Origin: Girardia tigrina
Lineage: Eukaryota
NCBI GenBank assembly: GCA_001938485.1
Contig: MQRK01169072.1
Coordinates: forward strand, 20,861-77,879
Direction of reading: 5' to 3'
Length of the DNA stretch: 57,019 nucleotides
In this document: one piece after another, positions 36,852-48,574 of the stretch
Position numbering within the stretch: the first letter of the stretch is position 1
Layout of the letters: each line of letters begins with the position of its first letter
The notes under the pieces: generated by a model
What the model was told of the DNA's origin: nothing
The model's database searches: none
What the model saw: the letters and a program-made list of their open reading frames with translations, nothing else
Translations under genes and position numbers: made by a program

Positions 36852-39800
36852 AATTATTATTTTGATATTTTTTTAAAATACTGATAAATTCAAGAATTTT
36901 ACATTACCACTATTGCAACATTCGTGGTACACCCAATAAGTAGTGATCCTAATATAAAAATTTGAATTAAATGTAAATAATACTTTTAAGAAGTAAAGTA
37001 CAATATACATAGGTAACTTTTGTCAATTTTGTTTTAGTCCGTCATTGTTTCTTTTGGAGGCAATGCAACTAAATGCAACTAAACTTTCAAAAAACCTTCT
37101 TCCTACCCAAAGGAGGTCTGAATAAACCTTTTTCGAGTTCTCCATTCGATCAATCAGATTTCAAAATTTTGAATAGAAAATATCATTTTATAATTTTTCT
37201 ATCGCAGTTGAATAAGCACATACAATTTAACAACGAATAAATTATCTTATCTATATCACGTTATATGAATTATAATTATTATTAATTAATTATAATTATA
37301 TAATTCTTTTCATCCCGTCCACATCATGGAAGATGTAATTAATGAAATTAATGATCAATTTAAGGGTTTTTCGTTTCGAAAAGAAATAATTGATGATGGA
37401 AAGCAGTATTCATTTTTCATAATTTACACAACTAATCTGATATATGCACTGATATATTACAGTGCATATTACAGATCTGAGTCAAAACTTTTTGAAAATA
37501 TTTATTTGTCGAGGGAAATTTGTTTCGGAGTAATGAACGACTTCCAGCAAAAGGAACAATTTTCTACTACGTCGACACTCCCACAGTACTCTCTTATACC
37601 CCCTAGGGATGTAGAAACCACTGTTAATGACCACTATTTTAAATGAATATCCGATTTACTATCTTATTAATTACATACTTTGTGATCAAGAATTTGTAAA
37701 ATAGTTAAAGAGAAAACTGTCTGATTTTTAGTGAGATAATCTATTTTTTGTGATCAAAATATCAGAATTTGAAGGATAATTATAAGCAGAACAGAGACGT
37801 TATTTTGATAATTAATATCTCTAAAAATGTGAAAAACAATTTTAAAAAATTTCTAAAAGTATCAAAAGTCCATTAAAATGTAACAGCTTTTTAATAAAGA
37901 TGAAGAATCATGACACTAAGTAATTCGTCTTTTACATATGCTATTAAAGAAAAAGCTCAGTTTTGTAAGAATAATTAAAGACATAGATAAAATCAAAGTA
38001 AAAACATATTTGAAAAAAGCGTGAATATTTTTTTTTGTTTAATTAGTAAAAACCTGTTTCGATAAAATAAATAGGTTTTGTTACAAAAATGAAAAATTAG
38101 AATCTATTATTTGGTGTTCGTTTACAAAAGGTCTCAAATGATGTTTAGTTATAAAAAAATTTAGGTTGAAGAATTAATTGTAATAGTGGGGCAAAATGAA
38201 TAATAATTCTTATACTTTGTGTTAAAACATGGAATAACCAACTAATGTCCATGATTGGTTTTTGGGATTTTTTTATTTTGTTTACCTAAAATTAAATGTA
38301 TCATATCATGTGTGAGAAGAACCAATAATAAATTTCCCAACACTTGTACTAATAAATCTCAACCCCAAAGCTGTAGATTTCCCTTATCGAATCATAAGAA
38401 GTTACAAAATCTTACTATATGAGAAAGTATTACTTAAGTTCCTTCGTACTTTCCTAAAATACCAATCAAGGCTTTGAATCTTAAAAGTCGTTTAAAATTG
38501 CATAGTCATGATGCTGTCTGGTATCCATTATACTTCTTCGCACAGGCATTGTTGATTTGAACTCTGTAATTGTTAAAAAGCTTGGAATCCCCTGAATCAG
38601 ATAATGACTGTTCCGCTAATTATAGATATATCAAACTGTGACTTGAAATGAATAAGATTGGCTGGTAAACTATTTGTATATAAGTGCACAATTCCTATGG
38701 TTAAAAAGGTAATTTGATGATCTAAGTTTTTTTCGATAGATGTAGTTGAGGAAGATTGCATTTTGCTTCAGAAGGTACTACATTACATCAATATTTTGGA
38801 AGATAAAATATTTCATGCAATGCTTTCGTTGGACACTACCACATTAAAACGGTATAATATGACATGCCATATATCAAAGGTCATTGGCCGGAATCAGGTT
38901 GAGGTTATGTACAGGCCTGACAATAGAAAGTGTTTTGAACGATATGAAAAGAAAGATTCGAGGTAAATTTCTAAAGATAAGCATTTAAGGAATTCGAAAG
39001 TTTAATAATAAAAGAACGCAATCCTTTAAATGAAAATTTCTGATGAATAACATGCCACGTCCGTTCAGAGGGGTAATTTAGAATAATTGCAGTAATACTA
39101 AGTATCAATTTTTTTCATTTAACTTGAAATAATGATGTTTCTATCAATAAAATTATCTGTTGTTTCAATATCTCACCATTTTCTTGTATACTTCTAAATA
39201 TTGCACTTTGGCAAAAATTTTAATTTAACAAATTATTAAGTAATATTTTTTATTTATTTTAATTATGGGGCATTTTCGTATTTAAAAAAACGTATAAAAT
39301 AAGTAAAACTATAAGATAAAAACCCGAAAATAACAAAAAAAATATTATTCAAAAGAAACTGTCATTTTAATTATTTTTTTTAAAAAAACAGATTAAATAT
39401 TCTTAAAATATGTCACATAAAAAATCTTTTCTTAAGTTTGTAAATTTAATGACCAATAAATATTTCTTTTTTTGTGATTTTTGAAGACGTTCAAATTTTA
39501 TTTGAATTGAAATTTATTATTTTTCTTTCAAAGAAAATTTTCTGAGCCTGAATGTTTCTAATTAGATTACTGAAACAAAATGGGAAAATTACAAGGTAAA
39601 ATTGATGATAAAATTAAAAACAAGTCAGCAGAACTCAAAATTATGCCATCTAATTTTTGTTTTTTGTGATATTTTATATAAACTTTATAAAACATTTTTA
39701 TTGTAAATGTGATTCAGTTCATAATTACTAATTAGTATTTCAAATTTTAATTTATGAAGTTTTTTTCATACAAAGTAACTACTTTGTTCTAAATATAATC

Positions 39801-40684
39801 TAAAAATCATGTAAGTTCGAGGAAATCATTATAATCAAAAATTACATCTCCTTAAGGTTAGTACTTGTATTTTTCAGTTTTATTTCCAATTTTATCACCT
39901 TTTGTTTGCTAGACCCGTTTATAATTCTGTTTAATATCATTAAACACATCACCGATTAAAAGTTTTTCATAATAACAACAACTCGAATTTCAACAAATTA
40001 ATTTTTTATCACACGTATATTAATCTTTTAATTAAACTAATGCATTAAAGCATGGCACTTAACATACACGTTTTTTAATATAAAAATAAACATAATCGAT
40101 TAATCAATGCATCTTATCTTACTTGCGATTCGCTTCGAGTGAAATGAAATAATTAATTATAAAAAAAATATTGCTTCAATAAATCTGTTTTTTAAAATTA
40201 ATTTCAATTCAATTTTGAATGAAAAACTAATTAAAATATTATTTAAATTATTTGACCACAGGTCAAAATCTTTTAAATTTTGCTGTGATTTTTTAAATAA
40301 TATATTTATTCAAAATTGATTTAAAAGTAATTTTAAAAAATAACAGAGATTTATTGAAATATTATTCTTTAATAAATAAAACTCGGTTAAATGTTTATAT
40401 CCCATCAATCGAAGCCATTTGCGAGAAATATCCAATGAAAAAGTTGACAAAAGGGGAGAGTATCAAGCTGGAAGAGAAGTAATTCTTGATGATGATAATT
40501 TCAGCAAAGCATTTATCAAATCTTTAAGGTTTTTATCACATTTAGAAGAACTACAGTGTATTAAAAAGCTTCACAAATACCAATAACCTCCTCAAGAATA
40601 CTATATTAAAAAACAAAAGTTAAATAATAAATAAATTTAAAAAAATAATGGCAATTTAAAAATTTAAAAGGAATACCGTTTCAA

Positions 40685-40935
40685 CATATTTTATGATAAT
40701 ATATTTCGACGGTTTTACTATCATCCTCAGATTACTGATTCTGTACTGCTTATTTATGTGAAATGGTTGATTATTTGATCTATTGCATAAATTTCATCGA
40801 AAACTCCTAACAAATTGGTTGAGATTTTGTTTGAACAGTGATTTTATGATTATGAGATTTTATTAACAATGCTTCACACGATAATCCAATAATTCTTTAA
40901 ATGCTTACACTTAATTTTGAAGCTATTTACACTTA
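40685..40935 (-). mobile_element. Penelope-like 3' end, same family as 361-1080
   Basis: The reverse complement aligns by eye to ~800-1040 (GTGAAGCATTGTT, GTTCAAACA..TCTCAAC.AATTTGTT, hammerhead). Confidence 0.85.
40693..40735 (-). ncRNA. PLE hammerhead motif with intact core boxes but mismatched stems
   Basis: GTAAT-CTGAGGA-T-GATAGT-AAA-ACCGTC-GAAA-TATA-TT-ATCAT; A-C mismatches in stems I and II relative to 991-1033. Confidence 0.7.
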
Positions 40936-40943
40936 AAGTTCAT

Positions 40944-41046
40944 AGAATTCAAATATTAATCATCCATCTGGGCAGGAGAGACACAATTCCAAATCAACAT
41001 ATAACATTCAAACACAAAACATCAAACATGTAAAATATTCCTCACA
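40944..41046 (-). repeat. 3' LTR (truncated to ~100 bp)
   Basis: Near-identical to 45822-45925; begins TGTGAG immediately after the PPT. Confidence 0.9.
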
Positions 41047-41058
41047 TCCCCCTTGATT
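41047..41058 (-). promoter_or_regulatory. Polypurine tract
   Basis: AATCAAGGGGGA directly 5' of the 3' LTR TG. Confidence 0.8.
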
Positions 41059-41074
41059 TAAATGGCTTTAGCCA

Positions 41075-43959
41075 TACAACATTTCTAATAAAACTTCTTT
41101 TATCTTAAAGCTGTAACTCGTTACTTCATTCATGATTTCTTTTAACCACTGTTGCGGGACCCATGTAACGGTCATCTTCTCTTGAGACATTTTCCTTCTT
41201 AATTAATACTTTGTCTCCGACTTCAAAAATTCTTCTTGTCTCTCTTTTTGTTCAACTGCTTGCAAATTGTTGTTATCTTCGTATTTGTTTTTTCCACCAA
41301 TGTCTTAGTTTTCTTCCAAATACTTTCTCGGCCGGTGATATGCCTGTCGTAGCTTGTACAGTACTATTTAACATAAACTCGACTTCTGATAAGACTTCTG
41401 TCCAATCTTTATGATCTCCATCCTTCATTCTAATATTCAAAGCATCTCTGATCTTGCGAAACTGTCTTTTCACGATTCAATTTGTGTTGTGATGATATGG
41501 ACTCGAATAGAATACCTCAACTTTAAATTTTGTCGCCATGTCCTTGAGCAAAACCGATTCAAATGTTTTTCCTCTGTCTACGTGGATTTCTTTTTGTGGT
41601 CCGAATTTCCATATCCATCTGTCCAATAACAATTTCCTAACTATTTTTTCATCTTGACTAGCTGCTGCATTCAGACTAATATATCTACTAAACTGGTCAA
41701 TTATTGCAAATATACATTGACATCCATTTATATTTCTTTTGAATGGTCCAAAAAAATCAATGTATATTTTCTGGAAAGGTACATCCGCTAATTGCTTTAT
41801 ATGCTTTTCTTTCATTTTGGTCGTTAGTGTCTTCCTTTTCTGACAATTTATGCAACTTTGAACTATTTCTTTTATACATTCTCTCATATTTTCCATGTCA
41901 AAATCATCTCGGAGGTAGTTATAGACCTGCATGACACAACAATTTGGGCATTTCGTCAATAAAATTTGCTCGTTCTGCCTATGGGATCCGGTATTTATTA
42001 TTTTGATTTATGACGAAATCATTCTTTAATGCCCATTTTCTTGTTCTACTTTTAGTTATGTCCTCGATTATTTGTTTTATTTCAATATTATTCTTCTGCC
42101 ATTTAAAACCATCTGATTCTTCGCTTAATGCCAGTAATCTTGTTTTAATCTTTCCTTTCTTGGCTTCTTCATGCATTGTTTGGCACTGATTGCATAGTTC
42201 GCACGAATTTCTTGACATTGCATCAGCATTTCTATGTTTTTCATCTTTTCGATATTCCATTTTCATGTCAAGACTACTCAGAAAATTTATCCGTGTTTGG
42301 AACTGTGCTGTGATAGGGTTCTTTCTAGTCATCATAAACGTAATATTTTTATGATCTGTTCGTAAAAAAAATCTTTTTCGATACAAGAAATGTTTAAAAT
42401 GCTGTGTGAAATAATAAATTGCAAGTAGTTCTTTCCTTGTAATACAACAGTTCATGTTTATTCATTTTATGTGATCCATACGCAATCACCCTTTCTCTTC
42501 CCCATTCGTCTTTCTGTGATAACACCGCCCCTATCGTATCAAAACTTGCATCTGTATCAAGTATAAAGTCTTTGGAAAAATCAGGATATGCCAAAATTAG
42601 AGTTTTAATCATTTTGTCTTTTAGTTTTTGAAAAGCTTCATTACATTCTTTAGTCCAAATCAGTTTCTTATCCTTATTTTTACCACATAAGCCTTCCAAT
42701 ACTTTTGCATGTCTTGCGTAATCCTTTATAAATTTTCTGTAGTAATTTGTCAAGCCCCAAAAGCTCCGCAAATGTTTAATGCATGATGGGTTTTGAAACT
42801 TGCTTATCGCGTCAATCTTTGATTTATCTGTTTCAATACCATCTTTACTTATGATATATCTTAGTAGTCTTTTCTACTAAAAATTGACATTTCTCCGGAT
42901 TTATTCTCAAACCTGATTGTTTAATCTTCTCAAATACGTTATTTACTCTTTGAAGATGTTCTTCCTTATATTTTGCGAAAATCAAAATATCATCCAAATA
43001 TACGACTGCTTCTTTCCAATTCAAATCTCCCGAAACTTTCACCATTAGCTCCTGAAAAGTTGCTGGGGCCGCAGCAATTCCAAATGGCATTCTCTTGAAA
43101 CAGTATTGACCGCACTTTGTTAAGAATACCGTCTTAATCTTTGATTCATCTTCTAATTCTACTTGATGGTAAGCGTTTCCTAAATCGATAGTACTAAATT
43201 ATTTTGCCATATTTAGTGTATTCAACATATCGTCTACATTTGGCATTGGAAACGCGCTGGTCGGATGGTTATTTTATTTAACTGACGAAAATTTACACAT
43301 ACTCGAATATCTTGCTTTTCTTTTTTCCAAATACATACTAAAGGAAAGTTCCAAGGAGAACTACCCTTTTCGATAATATCGTTTTCTTCAAAGTGTTTCG
43401 GTCGTTTATACGGTGTTACCAGTACTGATTCTCCATGCGTTTCTATCTTGTGTTTGGTTAACGAAGTTTTTCCAATATCCCATGAATTTTGATCTGTACT
43501 TTGTTAAAATTTTCATTAGCTGATTGTCACTTGTAGTATTGTACAATTCTATTATTCTTTTTAATCTTTCTTCATCAGAAGAGTTATCTCCAATTGCCAT
43601 TATCATATCGATATTTGATGCTTCTCTCTTCAGTTTTATTCCAAATGTATCCAAAAAATCTATACCAGTAATCACTTCCCGATCTATTTCTTTGACAACA
43701 TAAATCTCTATTGTTTTCTGTAAACTTTCTATTATCACCTTTAATTTTGCATAGTTTACAAGTTCTGAGTCATTCGCACAGTGAATACGCTTTCTTGTTT
43801 CTCTAATCTGAATATTTTTCAGACCTTTGATTAAATCCGCTTTAATGGCATTCACTCGGGCTCCTTTATCTAAAAGGCTCTGAACATTTTTAACTTTTAT
43901 AGGAAATTCTACACTTGGCTGTCCTTTCAATTTTTTATAATTTATGTCAAACTTTGCTA

Positions 43960-43960
<1 letters not shown>
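41075..43960 (-). pseudogene. pol: Gypsy pol pseudogene (protease, RT, RNase H, integrase)
   Basis: LLDKGARVN (mutated DTG/DSG), MPFGIAAAPATFQ, YLDD, TDAS..GAVLSQ, ELLAI..RTDH, NADAMSR, CxxC, IDQFSR, HVDRG, SSPYHH. Confidence 0.93.
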
Positions 43961-44012
<52 letters not shown>

Positions 44013-44886
44013 AATATTTCGTTCCTTTCTTTCTTTTTCAAAATCCATGATATCACATTTCTCATAATTTTCTTTATTCAAACTATCTAATTCACACATT
44101 TCTAGAAGAATATTTTCATACGTACAATCAAACATACATCTGCATTGACTTTCTAATGAAGCACACTGATCACCTCTCCCTGTGATCGTGCATTCTCGTT
44201 TCCCTGATCATCTCTGAATTTTCTGTAACATCTAGGATATTCCTGTCTTTTAGAATCTTCTTTTCTATTGGTTTCGTCGGTATAGCCCCATCTTGAAGAT
44301 TCATCTCTTCCATACAATTCATATCTAATTCGTCCAATTCCGCTACTGAATATTTTCTATTTGCGTACATCGGCCGGTCTCTATATCTTTGATTCGAGTA
44401 ATTTTTACAAGCTTTTATTACGTTTCATTTGTTTGTTTGTCTGTCTGCATGCATCAAATCTTGTGATCCAAAATTCACCCACTTCTAGTTCACCTAGTAA
44501 CATGAAACTTTCAGGACTGGTGTATTCTAGGTTACAATACACTTTTTCACTGTCACTGCTCATCTACCGCCTTTAGTTTGGCCGCAAAAAGTAATTAAAG
44601 TGTCGTTCTCATGTTTTCCTCAGTAGTAGGCTTTGAAACTTTCTACATCTAAATGCAAATAGAAAGCGGGTTTTCACCTAGTAGGTTTTGATAATTCAGT
44701 CAAAAAAATGTGGGAAGTGGGTGAAATAGATACAGAACCGCAAACATTTGACAAATTATAAAAGCTTGTACACCAAAAAATTTTTGGTATGATTATTCCT
44801 ATCATTTTCCCATCGATTCCTTCCATTATCTCGTTTCCATTGCTCGCGTTCCTTAAACCTATTCGGGTTTTCATAACATTGTGTTC

Positions 44887-45597
44887 TTATGTGTCCTTTT
44901 TATTGTAATGATTAATGTCACACTTTGGACAATCTCTTCTAACATGTCCTTCTTCATGACATGCCCAACAAGTAATTTTCCTGAGTTTAAAATTTCTTCT
45001 TGTATCTTCTGGAATTTCTCTATTCCGCGTTCTTGTTGTTCTCCTTTTATTTTCCACTGTTTTCCATTCATTTTCTCTTTTTGTATTATATGCTGCCACT
45101 GGTGCGTTTTTTTTCTTTTTCTCATGTTCAAACATTCTTGTTTGTATTTCTTCAATCTCATCAGCTTTCGTGATACCTTGAATGGCTATTTGTTTTTGTA
45201 CATCATCATCATCATCTATCAAATTAGCGTATACTAAATTCGATAGTTCTTTCTTACCCAACTTTTTATCGACCAATTTTTCTATTAGTTCATCTGCCTT
45301 TCTAAATATTATTGTGGGATCGCTGGAGTCAATTCTCAAATCTAACATTTCTTTCATTAAATCTAATATGGTGTTTTCCTTGTAGAACGCTACTCTTAAC
45401 ATTTCTTCACATGTTTCACCTGGTGCTGTTTTATATTTGATTATTGCCTCCGGAGTCATGTATGGCGTGACTAAAAGGATTTTCCTTTCCTCCGAAAATC
45501 CAATTGCCTTAGCGTATCTGTTGAAGTTCTTTATAAATGCTTCCACTTTTGTCTCAGATCCGTCGAATGTTTCTGGACCTTTGATGTTCGGAGTCAC
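44887..45597 (-). CDS. gag: Gypsy Gag with CCHC zinc knuckle (GTG start, probably a mutated ATG)
   Basis: 236-aa ORF; PETFDG motif; CWACHEEGHVRRDC. Confidence 0.88.
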   Translation of the reverse strand: MTPNIKGPETFDGSETKVEAFIKNFNRYAKAIGFSEERKILLVTPYMTPEAIIKYKTAPGETCEEMLRVAFYKENTILDLMKEMLDLRIDSSDPTIIFRKADELIEKLVDKKLGKKELSNLVYANLIDDDDDVQKQIAIQGITKADEIEEIQTRMFEHEKKKKNAPVAAYNTKRENEWKTVENKRRTTRTRNREIPEDTRRNFKLRKITCWACHEEGHVRRDCPKCDINHYNKKDT

Positions 45598-45628
45598 GTG
45601 GTCGTGTGTCTAATTATTTTTTAGCAAA

Positions 45629-45925
45629 TGGAGAAATAAATATTTTATTAAAATATTTACTAAAAACTTTTTGGATAATAATTAAAATGATTATTAATTA
45701 TTTAAAAAAATATTAATTTGATTTATTTATTAATAATTGTAAAGATTAATTAACTTATATAAAATTTTAAAATTATTTGAAATTAAAAATAAATTTAAAC
45801 ATTACATATTTTTAGATAATAAGAATTCAAATATTAATCATCCATCTGGGCAGGAGAGACATACATTCCAAATCAACATACAACATTCAAACACAAAACA
45901 TCAAAAATTTTAAATATTCCTCACA
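45629..45925 (-). repeat. 5' LTR (~297 bp, TG...CA)
   Basis: TGTGAGGAAT...TTTATTTCTCCA; the end was defined by comparison with solo LTR 20245-20583. Confidence 0.8.
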
Positions 45926-45931
45926 ATTACC

Positions 45932-46016
45932 ATTCGTATAAAGTTCCGTTCGTATAATTTTTTCATTTCTATAAATTTCCTTCTTATAAATGTTTTCGTA
46001 GAAATTTCCGGACACA
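45932..46016. repeat. Degenerate ~15-bp tandem array (TTCGTATAAA units) ending TTTCCGGACAC
   Basis: Five imperfect units visible; resembles subterminal repeats of a foldback/MITE element. Confidence 0.45.
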
Positions 46017-47174
46017 CATAAAAATATTGATACTGAAGTTTGAGTCGATAAGGAAAATATCAACAATTAAAAATAATTTCAATTATAAAAGTCCTATATT
46101 TAAAAACATATTTGTGAAATTAATTCTAAGTTAGAAAACTTAGATTCAGTATTTAATTTACTTTATGATGAAAACACACACAAAGCTCTTAAAGAAATCC
46201 TGAAGTCTGGAAGGAATTTAAAAACGAGTTACAATAAATAAAACGTCCAATGTACTTATATATTTTCTAATCTAAAAATCGAAAGGACAAAACCAAGGAA
46301 TCTCAAACCCAAGATTATTCTATCTACGTATTTTTGCCTGTTTGGTAACACCTTAAAAGAATAATATTTTTAGCTTTTTTAAATGAAGAAATTCGTTCAA
46401 CAAGTACTGAGAAAAAATGTTTAAATTTGGGTCTTGCACTACAAAATAAATTAAATTAAGATTCCATTATTTGAAAGCGTTCAGAAAATTCTGAAGCGTA
46501 TGACTTTATTTGATGAGAAAACTCCCAGTTTTCTTGGAAAAGGAATTTTAAAACTTTTAAAATGTTAGAAGATATCTGTAGAAAGTGATATCGTGACTTT
46601 TTAAATGAATAATAAATATATTTTTATTTAAAAGTGTTTTATTGAATTTTATTCAAAAATAGGGCTTGAACATTTTCTATCATCCATTACGTGATGTATA
46701 AAAAGATTATGTATAAAAAATTCTTAACTCTCAGTGAACAAATAATAATAAGTGTACAAATAATAATAAGGACTTATATAATATTGTTTAGACTTGATAT
46801 AACCCTCTTCCAAATACATCATTGATTAACACAAAAAGGTTTAACATTTTGTTTAGAAATTAATCAGTTTTACTGATCGAAAATCAGAGACAAACATTAA
46901 ACATCAAATAAATTGAAATAAAATATTATTTGACAAAATTTCCATTTGAAATAATCCGGGAAAATATTTGACTTAAATTTTCAGTTTCTAAAATATCGAT
47001 TATTTTAAATGAACCACGGTAAATATTTATCAGAAAATTTTTAATGAAATAAATTTGAAATATTTATTAAAATTCAAATTTAGTGTGATAATTGAAATTT
47101 TTTAGGTTTTCCATCGGCTATTAAATAATGAGAATTTTTCAATTTTTTATTTAAATTTTATTCATAAAAGAAAA

Positions 47175-47178
<4 letters not shown>

Positions 47179-47214
<36 letters not shown>
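47179..47214. repeat. (TA)n microsatellite
   Basis: Directly visible. Confidence 0.95.
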
Positions 47215-47216
<2 letters not shown>

Positions 47217-47299
47217 CTCTGACACTAAAATTTATTTTTCGTGAAATTACATGTATTTTTAAATTTCTGCTAAAATCCGTTTATTTATATAGCATGGAT

Positions 47300-47640
47300 A
47301 CATTAATGTAGTCTGTAAGCAAACTAGGCGGTTTGCGAATCCTTTGCGGCCTCGTTGGTAAATGAACGATTCTCGAAACCCCCAAAATGTCTTCATCTAG
47401 CAGTTCACCCTCCTCGGTTGCAGATTCATCCTCGTGTTCCGATGCTCCTCCGGTAAGCATTTTTTCCGGCTCTGATGTCTCACGTCTGAGACATCATACC
47501 TCTGGACACCATCCAGTTCGACTTATGTTCCAGAGTTGATCTGCGACACGATCCATGTCTGCCACTAAATTGTACATCGAGCTCCGCCGGGTTTCACGTA
47601 GACTCGGTCACCTAATTTGAAATCGGTCCTGTAAGAATAT
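47300..47640 (-). mobile_element. C-terminal integrase tail of a second, GC-richer Gypsy family
   Basis: FKLGDRVYVKPGGARCTI*W...INSG.*VELDGVQR..VSDVR...RPQRIRKPPSLLTDY. Confidence 0.7.
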
Positions 47641-47699
47641 TTTTACTCCGGCTTAACCATCGGAAAACCCCAATTGTACGAATAAGTTTCATTACTGGG

Positions 47700-48013
47700 A
47701 GCTGATTCACCTTTCGTTCCGCTTTTTTGGTGTTATATTGTAGTAGAACATCATATTCAACACATTGCCTCCAGATCTCACTGCCATTCTCGTACTGTCC
47801 TTACTGTTTTTTTTTAGTTTTTTTGCCTTCGTTGTCATTAAATATTGAGCCAGTTGACTTGAACTTTTTGAATGTCGGTAAAATTGTTGATGCATTGATG
47901 GTATGGTGGTTTTCAAATTCTTTTTTAAAGGCCTGAACTGTTTTCAAAAGGTTTTCGAGCTTGTTGTAGGGCAGAAACATGAAGACACGATGATCAACTG
48001 TATATTTCGACAT
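47700..48013 (-). mobile_element. N-terminal HTH of a DD41D-like Tc1/mariner transposase
   Basis: MSKYTVDHRVFM..Y....KTVQAFKKEF....STI...KKFKSTGSIFND (DUF4817-like pattern). Confidence 0.7.
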
Positions 48014-48382
48014 TTTTATCACAATTTATCACAGTTAAAATTGATTTAAAATAAAAATGATGCACTAGTACATTGAAAAATAACTAAAAACACAAAGCTC
48101 ACAATAAAATAAATTAAATATTTGTAATCAGCATAAAATTATCTTTCAAATGACACCACATTTGCATCGAAATTCCGAGTTACATCATTTGACGTTAATT
48201 ACGCAATTTAACTCTGATGCTATACACCGATCACCCCCGAGTTACATATCGAAATGCTCGTCTTGACGAGCTGGAACCATTTCTACAAAAACATCGCATT
48301 ACGTAACCATTGGACCAAAATGTATATTATTGATTCTTATGAACACTAATTTGATATTTTTATAAAATAATTTTCAAGCTTT

Positions 48383-48570
48383 GTTGTACATGTTTCGGAA
48401 TTTCATTTTCCATCATCTGTAATTATAATGTAATTTTTAAAATAACAAAATGTTTGTGCTCTTTAATGTTTTCATCCTTTAGTATTTTATTAACCCGTGT
48501 TTGTGTAGATAATTTGTCCAATGCAACCTTAATGTTGTAATCTATCTATTTGTTTGTGTACATGCTTTCC
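48383..48570 (-). mobile_element. PLE 3' tail with degenerate hammerhead (48383-48425), related to the 31465 copy
   Basis: ESMYTNK...(end of GIY-YIG region), then ATTA-CAGATGA-T-GGAA..TTCC-GAAA-CATG-TA-CAAC. It shares flanking TACATTATAATTA with 31501-31513; CUGA is mutated to CAGA. Confidence 0.65.
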
Positions 48571-48574
48571 CCTC

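Larger units (their letters stand above)
40944..45925 (-). mobile_element. Ty3/Gypsy LTR retrotransposon, decayed provirus
   Basis: LTR-gag-PR-RT-RH-IN-PPT-LTR order; multiple frameshifts and stops; (TA)n tract at ~43966-44008. Confidence 0.97.

Noticed and set aside
38450-38970. Coding-like segment including ORF 38763..38966
   Set aside because: No recognisable motif or splice-supported frame; likely an old TE remnant.
44881-45385. Hydrophobic plus-strand ORFs
   Set aside because: Antisense shadows of the A-rich gag ORF.
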